Shown here one piece after another: positions 28,421 to 37,781 of a stretch of 64,000 nt of DNA. The stretch covers positions 576,001 through 640,000 of the forward strand of contig OZ220741.1 in assembly GCA_965116885.1 (NCBI GenBank), given 5' to 3'. This DNA comes from Candidatus Latescibacterota bacterium. GTDB lineage: Bacteria > Latescibacterota > UBA2968. The stretch's first letter is position 1; every line of letters starts with the position of its first letter. The notes under the pieces are model-generated. The model did not search any database, was not told the origin of the DNA, and was given only the letters and a program-made list of their open reading frames with translations. Made by a program: the position numbers and the translations under genes.

Positions 28421-29376
28421 ATATCCCGAAGCGCGTCAATCACCCGCGCGTGAATCTCGCGGGCACTCACCACCACCCCACGATTGTCCTCCATCTGAGC
28501 AGCAGACGAAAAATCCAGCGGCCTACCAAACATATCGCTCACCTCTCCACCGGCTTCCTCAACAATAAGAGCACCCGCAGCGTGATCCCAGATATTCTCG
28601 CGATAGCCCGGAGATTCTGGCGACGGCAACCTCAAATACAACGCCGCATCGCCGCGAGCCACCGCGCCGTATTTCACCTGACTATCCATCCTGAGCGACG
28701 GCGAAACAATCCCAACCGCACGAGCCACCGCTTGCTGTGCATCGAAATCGCAGTGTGACGGCTCCACGCTCTCCGCAAACCGCCATGCAGGGTCATCAAT
28801 GTGAATATCAACACCATCCCCACCTGCAAGAGACATCGCTCGTGTGCCCTCTCCCCGCACCGCCACAAATAACACCCCACAATCACCCTCCACCTCCTCC
28901 ATATCCACGGGCAGAGCCGGACACGCCAGCGCGGCAACCTTCACCTCCTCGCAATCGACGAGCGCCAGAGCCACCGCATATTGATCTCCGCGCAAAAAGC
29001 CCTTTGTGCCATCAATGGGATCGAGCGTCCAGAAACGCTCTGCAACATCCCCATTACCCGCATCAATCCAGTCGCAAATGGTATTTTCATCCGCCTGTGC
29101 ATACGTCCGAACAAACCCGCACACAGTCTTCCGCATCGCAGCTTGCTCCGCACCCCGAAGCACCGACGCATCTTCCTCTGCCACAATCGGATCATTGGGA
29201 AAAACCGACTTTAATCGCCGGCACACAAGCGCCTGCGAGCCAAAATCCGCAACCGTCACCGGACTGCGATCCTCCTTCTCCATCGCTCCAACAAGTGATT
29301 TTCGCACATCGACACAAAGCCGAGCCGCCTCGCGCACAGCCTCAACAGCGACCTCGCGCTCCCGATCATATCCCAT
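28417..29376 (-). CDS. 3'(2'),5'-bisphosphate nucleotidase, HAL2/Met22 type
   Basis: SPVTVADF, AEED, WTLDPIDGTKGFLRGDQYAVALA, RMDSQVKY, ENIWDHAAG. Confidence 0.9.
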   Translation of the reverse strand: MGYDREREVAVEAVREAARLCVDVRKSLVGAMEKEDRSPVTVADFGSQALVCRRLKSVFPNDPIVAEEDASVLRGAEQAAMRKTVCGFVRTYAQADENTICDWIDAGNGDVAERFWTLDPIDGTKGFLRGDQYAVALALVDCEEVKVAALACPALPVDMEEVEGDCGVLFVAVRGEGTRAMSLAGGDGVDIHIDDPAWRFAESVEPSHCDFDAQQAVARAVGIVSPSLRMDSQVKYGAVARGDAALYLRLPSPESPGYRENIWDHAAGALIVEEAGGEVSDMFGRPLDFSSAAQMEDNRGVVVSAREIHARVIDALRDM

Positions 29377-29384
29377 AAACACCC

Positions 29385-30284
29385 CTATTTCTTTTTTTCA
29401 CCAAAATGATCCATCTCGCCGCGATCAATCCAACCCGGCAACCTGATCTTCTCCGACATCTTCCACGCCGTCAAATAAAGTGAAACTGTAAAACCCGCCG
29501 CCCGCTTTGCATGCATCTCCGCAAATGTACGCACCGCAGGCTCATTCTTCCAATCTATATCCTTTGGAATCAGAAACTGCTCCATAGACAGCGCAGACTC
29601 AACCTCATCAAAACTCTCGTGCATCTGTGCCACAATACCCACCATCAAACTATCCACAGGCGCAGCAGTCAAACCCTCGGCAATATCTTCGGGTCTCAAA
29701 TCCAAATTTTGAAGCAACCCATCAATCTTTTCGTGAATACGCGTCATCGACGACTTGCCATCTACAACCCGACCATTCCAGTGAATCGTCAAATTCAGAG
29801 GTTGACAAATCTCCTGAGCAAAATGCGCCACATACCCGGCGTATATCAGACACTTATTCTGGATAAACGGACTCTCGGGCCACTTGCGAAACTCTGCAAA
29901 TGCCAGAGCCAGTTGCCCGGTATATTCCGCCGTCACGTACGGCAACAAACCCACCTGTTCTGGCCTCTTCCCCAACTCTGCACAGCGTCTTGCAAACGCG
30001 TACCGAGACGCGGGCAAATCCTCCGCCTCAAACAACTCCATATTAAAATAATGAACCGGATGACCAGCCTTTTCCAGATGAAGCGTACCGCGATTCTTTG
30101 CAACATCCGGATCAACAGCCGCATGAGCCACCATACCTGTGCCAGCCCTGAGAAAAGCAGGCGCATCTGCCGGAAGCGCCTGAACAGCCGCCCGCGTCAA
30201 AATGCCATGCCCTCGCGGCCACCAGCCCCAGGCGGACGACCCGAATACAAATAGAATAAGTAATACCATACCTAATCGACGCAT
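29385..30284 (-). CDS. secreted S1/P1 nuclease / zinc phospholipase C-fold protein (paralog 2)
   Basis: RBS AAGGAG, signal peptide then WWPRGH, DPD, HPVHY, HFAQEICQPLN, IHEKID. Confidence 0.65.
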   Translation of the reverse strand: MRRLGMVLLILFVFGSSAWGWWPRGHGILTRAAVQALPADAPAFLRAGTGMVAHAAVDPDVAKNRGTLHLEKAGHPVHYFNMELFEAEDLPASRYAFARRCAELGKRPEQVGLLPYVTAEYTGQLALAFAEFRKWPESPFIQNKCLIYAGYVAHFAQEICQPLNLTIHWNGRVVDGKSSMTRIHEKIDGLLQNLDLRPEDIAEGLTAAPVDSLMVGIVAQMHESFDEVESALSMEQFLIPKDIDWKNEPAVRTFAEMHAKRAAGFTVSLYLTAWKMSEKIRLPGWIDRGEMDHFGEKKK

Positions 30285-30300
30285 TGAAAATCTCCTTGAA

Positions 30301-30407
30301 CGAATAGACGAATAGACGAATCGAACTCCGCCCCACACCCACGGGCGGGCACAGGGGCACCGCCCCTACATTGATGAACCGGCATGAACCAGTTATACAC
30401 CGCTCCG
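30301..30407 (+). repeat. composite REP-like repeat family A, copy 2
   Basis: (GAATAGAC)n...GGGCGGGCACAGGGGCACCGCCCCTACATTGATGAAC. Confidence 0.85.
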
Positions 30408-30413
30408 CGTTTT

Positions 30414-31307
30414 TTACTTCCCGTCCCAAATCTCTCGCTTCACATAATCTGCAATCTCCAAACGCTCGGACAGTCGCCAGGCAGTCAAATAAAGCCGCGC
30501 AGTAAACCGCGTCGCAGCCCGGGCGCGATCTTTTGCAAAAGCGATCACCTCGGCATTCGGTACCCAATTCTCCTCATCATATCTGGGAATATTCGGCCCC
30601 ATTTCATAAACCCGATCAACCAGTGCAAACCCCTCCTCAAACTCCCGCATAATCTCAGACATCACATCATCAAAAGGGGTCACATCCTGATCGCGCGACA
30701 AATCCCCTGGCTCCATCTTCAAAAACTGCACCAGACCATCCACCTTCTGGTGAATACCCCTCTGCAACTTCTCGCCCCCCTCCTGCACGCGCCCATCGTA
30801 GTGAATCGTCAAATGCAAAGGCTGACACATATCCTCGGCATAATGCGCGAGAAAACCCGCATAAATCAGGCACTTACTCTGAATATGCGGATTATCGGGC
30901 CACTTGCGAAACTCTGCAAAAGCCACCGCTAAGCGCTCTGTCCACTCATTCACCGCATAAGGCACAAAACCCATCTTCTCGGGCGACACCCCGTGCTCAT
31001 AACACAACTTGACAAACGCGTATCGACTCGCTGGCAACGTCTCCACATCGAGCATCTCGCGATCCAAAAAATGCTCGGGATACTCTGCCCCTCGCACCTG
31101 CGGCGTACCCCGATTCTTGCCCATATCGGGGTCAATACTCAAATGCGCCACCGTCTTTGCCCCCTGCCTGAAAAACGCCGGAACTTCATCGGGCAAAGCC
31201 GCCACAGCGGACAAAGTCAAAATATGGTGCCCTTCCAGCAACCAGCCTCGAGCGGGAGAACACAACCCTGCCAAAAGCAAAACAGAAATAGCAAATCGTT
31301 TGAACAT
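30414..31307 (-). CDS. secreted S1/P1 nuclease / zinc phospholipase C-fold protein (paralog 1)
   Basis: RBS AGGAGG, signal peptide then WLLEGH, DPD, EHFLD, HYAEDMCQPLH, IHQKVD. Confidence 0.72.
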   Translation of the reverse strand: MFKRFAISVLLLAGLCSPARGWLLEGHHILTLSAVAALPDEVPAFFRQGAKTVAHLSIDPDMGKNRGTPQVRGAEYPEHFLDREMLDVETLPASRYAFVKLCYEHGVSPEKMGFVPYAVNEWTERLAVAFAEFRKWPDNPHIQSKCLIYAGFLAHYAEDMCQPLHLTIHYDGRVQEGGEKLQRGIHQKVDGLVQFLKMEPGDLSRDQDVTPFDDVMSEIMREFEEGFALVDRVYEMGPNIPRYDEENWVPNAEVIAFAKDRARAATRFTARLYLTAWRLSERLEIADYVKREIWDGK

Positions 31308-31378
31308 TAATACCTCCTGTAAATGCATAGGCAACCACAAATGGACACTGATGAACACAGAGGGAAAGGCAAAACCTT

Positions 31379-31410
31379 CTGGATCGCGGCTAACAGCATG
31401 CCGCGATGAC
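31379..31410 (+). repeat. palindromic repeat family B, copy 1
   Basis: CTGGATCGCGGC-N-GCCGCGATGAC; also at 45827, 49448, 57545. Confidence 0.85.
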
Positions 31411-31464
31411 GGCTTTTATGTACTGCATAGACCGCTGACTGCTTATTCACACATAAAGAAAGAC

Positions 31465-31493
31465 AGCGGAGAAACTCAGAAAGTTTCTCCGCT
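31465..31493 (-). terminator. terminator downstream of selC
   Basis: AGCGGAGAAACT-N5-AGTTTCTCCGCT, U-rich tail on the minus strand. Confidence 0.75.
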
Positions 31494-31501
31494 ATCAAAA
31501 A

Positions 31502-31599
31502 TGGCGGGAATGTGTGGGAATCGAACCCACCAAGCGTGGGGTTAGCACGCAACAACGGGTTTGAAGCCCGCGGGGGACACCAGTTCCCCATCCACTCCC
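31502..31599 (-). tRNA. selC: tRNA-Sec (anticodon UCA)
   Basis: GGGAGTGG...GCGGG-CTTCAAA-CCCGT, long variable arm, GTGGG-TTCGATT-CCCAC, 3' GCCA; 98 nt, immediately downstream of selD. Confidence 0.95.
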
Positions 31600-31601
31600 A
31601 A

Positions 31602-32645
31602 TCACGCTCGTACCTCAATCTCACCGGGATATTCTGCAACCACCTCGCCAATATCTCGAGCCATCACACCGCGATCGTCCAACGACTCAAGAAAAGCATC
31701 AGCCACATCGGGCGCAAGTGCAATCAACAGACCGCCAGAAGTCTGCGGATCAAAAAACAAACGCCTCAAAGCCTCATCAACATCATCGGCAAATCGCACC
31801 GCATGCCCGCGCGCCGCCCGATTGCGCCGCAAACCCCCGCCCTCGCGCCCCTCTGCAATCTGCAAAGCCAGATCAAAACGCGGCACATCAGAAGCACGTA
31901 TGCGAATCCCAACGCCACTCGCCTGCGCCATCTCCAACCCATGCCCCAGCAACCCAAACCCGGTAATATCCGTACATCCACCCGCATTATATGCAACCAT
32001 CTCCTCGGCTGCGATGCGATTCAACTGCACCATAGAATCCACCGCAATCTGCAACGCATCTTCATCGATCTCACCATTTTGATAGGCATCCGACATCAAA
32101 CCCGTACCCAGCGGCTTGGTCAGAATCAGACGATCTCCCACCCGGGCGCCCGCATTGGTCTTCACATCGTCTGGATGCACAACCCCCGTCACAGACAACC
32201 CGAACTTGGGTTCCACATCCTCCACAGAATGCCCGCCGACCAAAACCGCGCCAGACTCCGCCACCTTCTCCTGCGCCCCTCTTAAAACCTCGGCAATCAC
32301 CTCTGGCTCGACGTCATCACTCGGAAACCCGCAAATATTCAGCGCAGTAATCGGGCGCCCCCCCATCGCATACACATCGCTCAGTGAATTGGCTGCGGCA
32401 ATCTGCCCATACGCATGCGGATCATCGACAATAGGCGTAAAAAAATCCACCGTCTGAATAAGCGCCACATCCTCAGAAATCCGAAACACCCCGGCATCAT
32501 CAGCCGTATTCATCCCCACCATCAAATCGGGATGCGCCACAGGCGTCAACTTTTTTAGAATCACATCCAGCACCGCTGGATCGAGTTTCGATGCTCAACC
32601 ACCGCAACTGACGAGCTGAGTCAATCTTCTACCGCGATACTTCAT
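31602..32645 (-). CDS. selD: selenide, water dikinase; selenoprotein (UGA codon 17)
   Basis: MKYRGRRLTQLVSCGG-U-ASKL in frame with ORF 31602-32573; DDAGV, TVDFFTPIVDDP, ANSLSDVYAMGG, TDITGFGLLGH, DPQTSGGLL. Confidence 0.95.
32565..32581 (-). promoter_or_regulatory. SECIS-like hairpin of selD
   Basis: ATCCAGC-GGT-GCTGGAT, 13 nt after the UGA at 32597-32595. Confidence 0.7.
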
Positions 32646-33469
32646 TTTTTCAACTCCTCATTTTCTCTCGCCATCTGTTCCTTTTGCCAGCGATAATCGA
32701 CCTTGCCATCGTAAAACATCCCGGGATTCTCTATCGCCCACAACTGCTTTCGAATCAACCAATTCTTGGGATCCAGAACATACGCGCGCTTTAATTCAGC
32801 AATAGCGTTTTCCTTCTTCCCCTGTTTTAGCAACACAATAGCGCGCTGAAATATTGCATCGGCCTCCTGCTCATCCGCAGTCAGCGCGCGGGGTTTCGCA
32901 CCCTTATCCCCATCGCGCCATGCCCCGGGAATAGCCCCCGTTGTTATCCACTCGACCAGTTCTCCGCGCAACGTCTCATTGTCAATATTGACGCTACCAA
33001 CACTGCGAACAAGTCGCCCTTCTTCATCCACAAAAATCCCAACCGGAACAAATTTGACATTATACGCCTTGCCAACCGCGTTGTGCTGATCCAGCAATGC
33101 GCGATATGTACCACCGGCCTTTTCAACCCAGGGTCTGGCAACCTCGGCCCCCTGTGCATCCTGAGCAATAACCACCACCTCAACCTGTTCACCGTACTCC
33201 TGATAAAACGCTTGCCATCCAGGCAACTGAGCGCGGCACCCTCACCAGGACGCCCACATAAAAAACGCCGTCTTCTTCCCGCGAAAATCACTCGAAGAAA
33301 TCATCTCCCCAGAGTACAAATCCGGCAGTGTAAACGCAGGCGGCGCATGCCCAATGCTCAGGCCAACATCACTCAGTTCAGGCTCCAAAGTCTTCACAGA
33401 TTCCTCCCCTGAAAGGGTATGAACCGACCCATTTATCAACAAGAGCAACACAAATACTATTTTTTTCAT
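32642..33469 (-). CDS. secreted AhpC/TSA (TlpA-like) redoxin selenoprotein with a C-terminal TPR-like region
   Basis: ORFs 33242-33469 and 32642-33226 are in one frame joined by TGA: APPAFTLPDL..FRGKK..WASW-U-GCRAQLPGWQ; signal peptide; its stop overlaps the selD start (ATGA). Confidence 0.88.
33212..33226 (-). promoter_or_regulatory. SECIS-like hairpin of the redoxin gene
   Basis: TTGCC-TGGAT-GGCAA, 15 nt after the UGA at 33244-33242. Confidence 0.6.
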
Positions 33470-33548
33470 CTCGTATCCAATCTAACAGAATTTGAACAAT
33501 GTGCAACACACAAGCTCGTTTTCATCTCGTATTCGAACCCGTGAACAC

Positions 33549-33583
33549 CAAACCGCTCGGCAATCATCTCACCGAGCGGTTTG
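33549..33583. terminator. hairpin / probable terminator after msrP
   Basis: CAAACCGCTCGG-N11-CCGAGCGGTTTG perfect 12-bp stem. Confidence 0.6.
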
Positions 33584-33607
33584 ACATACAATGGACATTT
33601 CTTTTAA

Positions 33608-34567
33608 CTAACCGTACAGATGCGCCACATAATCGCCATACCCATTGTACATTTGGGTAGGCACGCGATCCATCGTCCCGATCAACCGCTCCGTAGCCTG
33701 AGACCAGCGCGGGTGTGGCACATTGGGATTTACATTAGACCAAAAATCGTACTCAGCAGGTGCCACCTTGTTCCAGAACGTCGGCGGTTGCCGTTTGGTG
33801 AACTCGATCTTCACAATGGACTTAATACTCTTATACCCGTATTTCCACGGCGTAACCAACCGAATGGGCGCCCCGTGCTGTTTGGGCAACGCATGACCGT
33901 AAATACCCGTCGTGAGCAACGTCAGTTCATTCGTCGCCTCTTCCATAGTCAGCCCCTCAAAATAAGGCCACGGATACCAGGACTGCGCCTTGATGCCCGG
34001 CGCCTGATCCGGACGATTGAACGTCACCATACGCACGTATTTTGCCGATGACTGGGGCTGCACATAATCGATCAACGCCTTCATCGGAAACCCCGTCCAC
34101 GGCACCGTCATCGCCCATGCTTCCACGCACCGAAACCGATACACGCGCTCTTCCAGCGCAAATCGCTTGAGCAAATCATCCAGATCATACGTCCCGGGCT
34201 TCTCCACATAACCCGAAATCTCGATCTCCCAGGGGCGCACCTCAAACTTATCTGTCAACTCGTGAACCTTGCCCTTATTCGTGGTAAACTCGTAAAAATT
34301 ATTGTACCGCGCGGCAACCTTCTCCTCTGTCAATTCCCGCTCCACCGTGTAATTTTCATTGCGCTTTGTAGGATACAAACCCGGCAGCGATGGAGGCACC
34401 TCCACCTCAAACTCATCTTCTGCCACCGCACAGCCCGCGCCAATCACCGCGCTCGCGCCCGCAACACCTATAGCCTGCATAAAGCGCCGACGATTCAGGT
34501 AAATGTCTTCAGGCGTAACCTCGCCTTCGGGCAACTGCCAGCCTTTGGGAATATGAATAAAAGCCAT
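33608..34567 (-). CDS. msrP: protein-methionine-sulfoxide reductase catalytic subunit (molybdopterin)
   Basis: Tat motif NRRRFM, YNNFYEF, RFRCVEAW, GAPIRLVTPWKYGYKSIKSIV, HPRWSQATER. Confidence 0.95.
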   Translation of the reverse strand: MAFIHIPKGWQLPEGEVTPEDIYLNRRRFMQAIGVAGASAVIGAGCAVAEDEFEVEVPPSLPGLYPTKRNENYTVERELTEEKVAARYNNFYEFTTNKGKVHELTDKFEVRPWEIEISGYVEKPGTYDLDDLLKRFALEERVYRFRCVEAWAMTVPWTGFPMKALIDYVQPQSSAKYVRMVTFNRPDQAPGIKAQSWYPWPYFEGLTMEEATNELTLLTTGIYGHALPKQHGAPIRLVTPWKYGYKSIKSIVKIEFTKRQPPTFWNKVAPAEYDFWSNVNPNVPHPRWSQATERLIGTMDRVPTQMYNGYGDYVAHLYG

Positions 34568-34591
34568 CGCATGCCTCCAATTAAATGCAAA

Positions 34592-34712
34592 AGCGAATCA
34601 ACGAATCAACGACGGAGTTCGCACTGACTTTGGGAGATAGGGTGGGGTTCGTCTATTCGTCTATTCGTCTATGAATTGGCCTGAGAGGCGGCCAATTGTA
34701 CCCCGCTCCGTC
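34592..34712. repeat. rearranged family A modules
   Basis: (GAATCAAC)2, inverted (TTCGTCTA)3, GAATTGGCCTGAGAGGCGGCCAATTGTACCCCG also seen at about 55536. Confidence 0.75.
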
Positions 34713-36018
34713 ACCGCTGACCCATCGCCACGTAATCGCGTATATCTGCTCCGGTATAAATCTGGCGCGGACGGGCGATTTTCTGTTCGCTATCCCCCAG
34801 CATCTCTTTCCACTGCGCCAGCCAGCCACAAGACCGTCCCACCGCGAATAACACCGTCATCATCCGCGTGGGCAACCCAATAGCCTGATAGATAATACCC
34901 GAATAAAAATCCACATTGGGATACAACTGACGCGAAATAAAATACTCCTCTTGAAGGGCAATCCGCTCCAACTCCAGCGCAATATCAATCAGGGGATTCT
35001 TACCCGTCACCTCAAACACACTATACGCGGTCTCTTTGACAATCGCCGCCCTCGGATCATAATTCTTGTAAACCCGATGCCCAAACCCCTGCAACACCAC
35101 CTCTTTGTTCTCCACCCGCTCGATATAAGCCGGCACCTTATCCACCGAGCCGATCTCATTGAGCATATTCAGCACCGCCTCATTCGCGCCCCCGTGTGCC
35201 GGACCGTAAAGCGCCGCTGCTGCGCCGGCCATAGATGAATACGGATCTGCCCCTCCACTGGCAATACCCCGCATGATACTGGTAGATAAATTCTGGCCGT
35301 GATCTGCGTGCAAAATAAGCAACACTTCCAACGCGCGCTCGAGCACAGGATCAGCCCGATAGGCCTCGCCCTCTGTCCCAAACAGCATATTCAAAAAATT
35401 GCCGTAAAATCCCAACCCGGGATCTGAAGACACATAAGGCAGACCTGCACTGCGGCGATGCACCGCAGCACCTATGGTCGCAATATTGCCAACCAACCGA
35501 CAAATATGACGAAGTTGTGCCTCTTCGGTTCCAAAATCTCCCTCATCATCGTAAAAAACCGACAGCCCCCCCAGCGCACCCACCAGCATACCCATCGTAT
35601 GAGACCCTTTGGGAAAACCATCGATAAAAGACAAAATATCGTCTGAGATCACCGTTTGAGAATTTACCTGCTCGGAAAATCCATCCAATTGATCGCGGCT
35701 GGGCAACTCGCCATAAACCAGCAAATAAGCCACTTCGAGATACGAAGACTCCGCCACCAACTGCTCAATGGGATATCCGCGATAGCGCAAAATTCCCTTT
35801 GCACCATCGATATACGTAACCGCACTGCTGCAAGACGCCGTATTGACATACGACGGGTCGTATCCCAACAGACCAAAATCATTATCCGAACCCTTGATCT
35901 GGTTCAAATCTGTCGAACGCACATGAGCGCCATCCTCAAAATACGTGCCATAAGTAATAGATAAATCATACGTTTCATCTGTCCGATTATCAATAACTTT
36001 AAGTGAATCCTTGCTCAT
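34711..36018 (-). CDS. gltA: citrate synthase
   Basis: YIDGAKGILRYRGYPI, LHADH, HGGANE, GFGHRVYKNYDPRA, YPNVDFYSG, IARPRQIY. Confidence 0.95.
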   Translation of the reverse strand: MSKDSLKVIDNRTDETYDLSITYGTYFEDGAHVRSTDLNQIKGSDNDFGLLGYDPSYVNTASCSSAVTYIDGAKGILRYRGYPIEQLVAESSYLEVAYLLVYGELPSRDQLDGFSEQVNSQTVISDDILSFIDGFPKGSHTMGMLVGALGGLSVFYDDEGDFGTEEAQLRHICRLVGNIATIGAAVHRRSAGLPYVSSDPGLGFYGNFLNMLFGTEGEAYRADPVLERALEVLLILHADHGQNLSTSIMRGIASGGADPYSSMAGAAAALYGPAHGGANEAVLNMLNEIGSVDKVPAYIERVENKEVVLQGFGHRVYKNYDPRAAIVKETAYSVFEVTGKNPLIDIALELERIALQEEYFISRQLYPNVDFYSGIIYQAIGLPTRMMTVLFAVGRSCGWLAQWKEMLGDSEQKIARPRQIYTGADIRDYVAMGQR

Positions 36019-36068
36019 CACAAGCCCCTTTCTCATAATCCGCCCATTTTTGGAGGAGATTTGTTCTA

Positions 36069-36734
36069 CTACTGTGCTATTACCTGATAAACTCTACGCG
36101 ATCTGAATTGATCTACAGGATCGGACTGCATAGAAACCGCATCAAAAACGCGCCGCAGTGCCCGTTCGTAAGATGACCCACCCGCACAAATCGCAAGTGC
36201 CCCGCCCGCCCGAAGTCGCATTTGCAACACGCGCAACATCGACAAACTGTAAGCCTGGCGATTCTCTGCTCGCGCCACCTGATCTGGCCCAACATCAATG
36301 TGCATCGCAATACCGTGATAATTGCGCGGTGTACCCTGCACATAAGAACAAAAATCGCCCACAATAAGCTCGACCCGTGCGTCATTCAGCAAATCGGCAT
36401 TGGTCAAATACGTGCGATTCCATTCTACAATTTGCGGCTCAATTTCCACCACACAAACGGACTGCACAGCCCTGTGCTTCAGCACCTGCCTCAGCGTCAC
36501 ACCCAGTCCAAGCCCACCGACCAACACATCGGCATATCTCTGACCTGGAGAAATGCCAGATAGTGCGAGATCGGCAAGTGCAATCTCCAAATCGGAACTG
36601 CTACTCGCAATCGCATGCCCATTTATAGAAAGCACATGATGCACCTGCTCGTCAACCGTCACCGCGTCAAGCCGAAAATTTCCATTTTGCGTCTCGACCG
36701 ATGCCACGTGACCTGACGTGCTATCGCTCTGCAT
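36069..36734 (-). CDS. spermidine synthase-like SAM-dependent protein
   Basis: VLVGGLGLGVTL, VVEIEPQIVEWNR. Confidence 0.75.
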   Translation of the reverse strand: MQSDSTSGHVASVETQNGNFRLDAVTVDEQVHHVLSINGHAIASSSSDLEIALADLALSGISPGQRYADVLVGGLGLGVTLRQVLKHRAVQSVCVVEIEPQIVEWNRTYLTNADLLNDARVELIVGDFCSYVQGTPRNYHGIAMHIDVGPDQVARAENRQAYSLSMLRVLQMRLRAGGALAICAGGSSYERALRRVFDAVSMQSDPVDQFRSRRVYQVIAQ

Positions 36735-36896
36735 TCATCGCGCCTTTTTTTTAAAAAATCCGATTTGGACAAGTATTACAATATAACGGAGATTCCAAAA
36801 TTTTCAAACACATTTGGTCGAGAACAGGATAATTACCCACTTGATTTTTAAAGCGCGAATCCCTTTATTGACGCACCGTCTAACAGGAATAAATTT

Positions 36897-37718
36897 ATGA
36901 GTCAACACATCGGCAACATCGAAATCATTGCAACACACATCACCCGGGGGCATTATCGTTCAGTGCTCTTTGATTTTGACGGCACATTGTCGCTCATTCG
37001 CCAGGGCTGGCGTGAAATCATGATCCCCATGATGGTCGAGATACTCTCCGAACTCAACACCGGCGAAACCGAAGCGGAACATCGCGTCCTGGTCACCGAA
37101 TTTATCGACCGCCTCACCGGCAAACAAACCATTTACCAGATGATTCAGCTCTGTCGAGAAATCCAAAAACGCGGCGGCACACCAGATGATCCTCTCACCT
37201 ACAAACAGCGTTTTCACGACCTGCTCGACGCCCACATAGCCCATCGCATTCGCGGCCTCGAAACCGGCGCAATGGACCCCGACGACCTCATGCTCCCCCA
37301 TACCCGCGCCCTGCTCGACAACCTGTCCAACCGCGGCCTGGTACTTTATTTAGCCAGCGGCACCGACCACGTCTTTGTCCGCCGCGAAGTCGAATTACTC
37401 GGCCTTACAACCTACTTTGAAGACCGCGTCTTTGGCGCCTTGGACCAGCACGAAAACTTTTCCAAAGCCATGGTCATACAAAATATGCTCAAAACCCACG
37501 CCATAGACGGCTCTGAACTCCTCGGTTTTGGCGATGGATACGTCGAAATCGAAAACGTAAAAGCCGTGGGCGGCACCGCCATCGGTGTCGCATCAGACGA
37601 AGTCAAACGCGAAGGCATCAATGCCTGGAAGCGAAATCGCCTCATCGAAGTCGGTGCAGACATCATCGTCCCGGAATACCGCGAACAAGAAACTCTCATC
37701 GCATATTTGTGTGACTGA
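36897..37718 (+). CDS. HAD family hydrolase
   Basis: FDFDGTLS, LASGT, K, GDG..E. Confidence 0.85.
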   Translation: MSQHIGNIEIIATHITRGHYRSVLFDFDGTLSLIRQGWREIMIPMMVEILSELNTGETEAEHRVLVTEFIDRLTGKQTIYQMIQLCREIQKRGGTPDDPLTYKQRFHDLLDAHIAHRIRGLETGAMDPDDLMLPHTRALLDNLSNRGLVLYLASGTDHVFVRREVELLGLTTYFEDRVFGALDQHENFSKAMVIQNMLKTHAIDGSELLGFGDGYVEIENVKAVGGTAIGVASDEVKREGINAWKRNRLIEVGADIIVPEYREQETLIAYLCD

Positions 37719-37761
37719 CCCCTCTCCCGGCCCCTCCCCGAGACGGGGAGAGGAGACCTAA
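37719..37761. repeat. palindromic repeat family C (CCCTCCCC..GGGGAG), left of dgoD
   Basis: 37731-37751 is the exact reverse complement of 38970-38990. Confidence 0.75.
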
Positions 37762-37781
37762 CTCACCCCAAAGGAGTTGAC

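Noticed and set aside
31502..31530. Genomic island integrated at selC
   Set aside because: No duplicated tRNA 3' end or integrase found in the window
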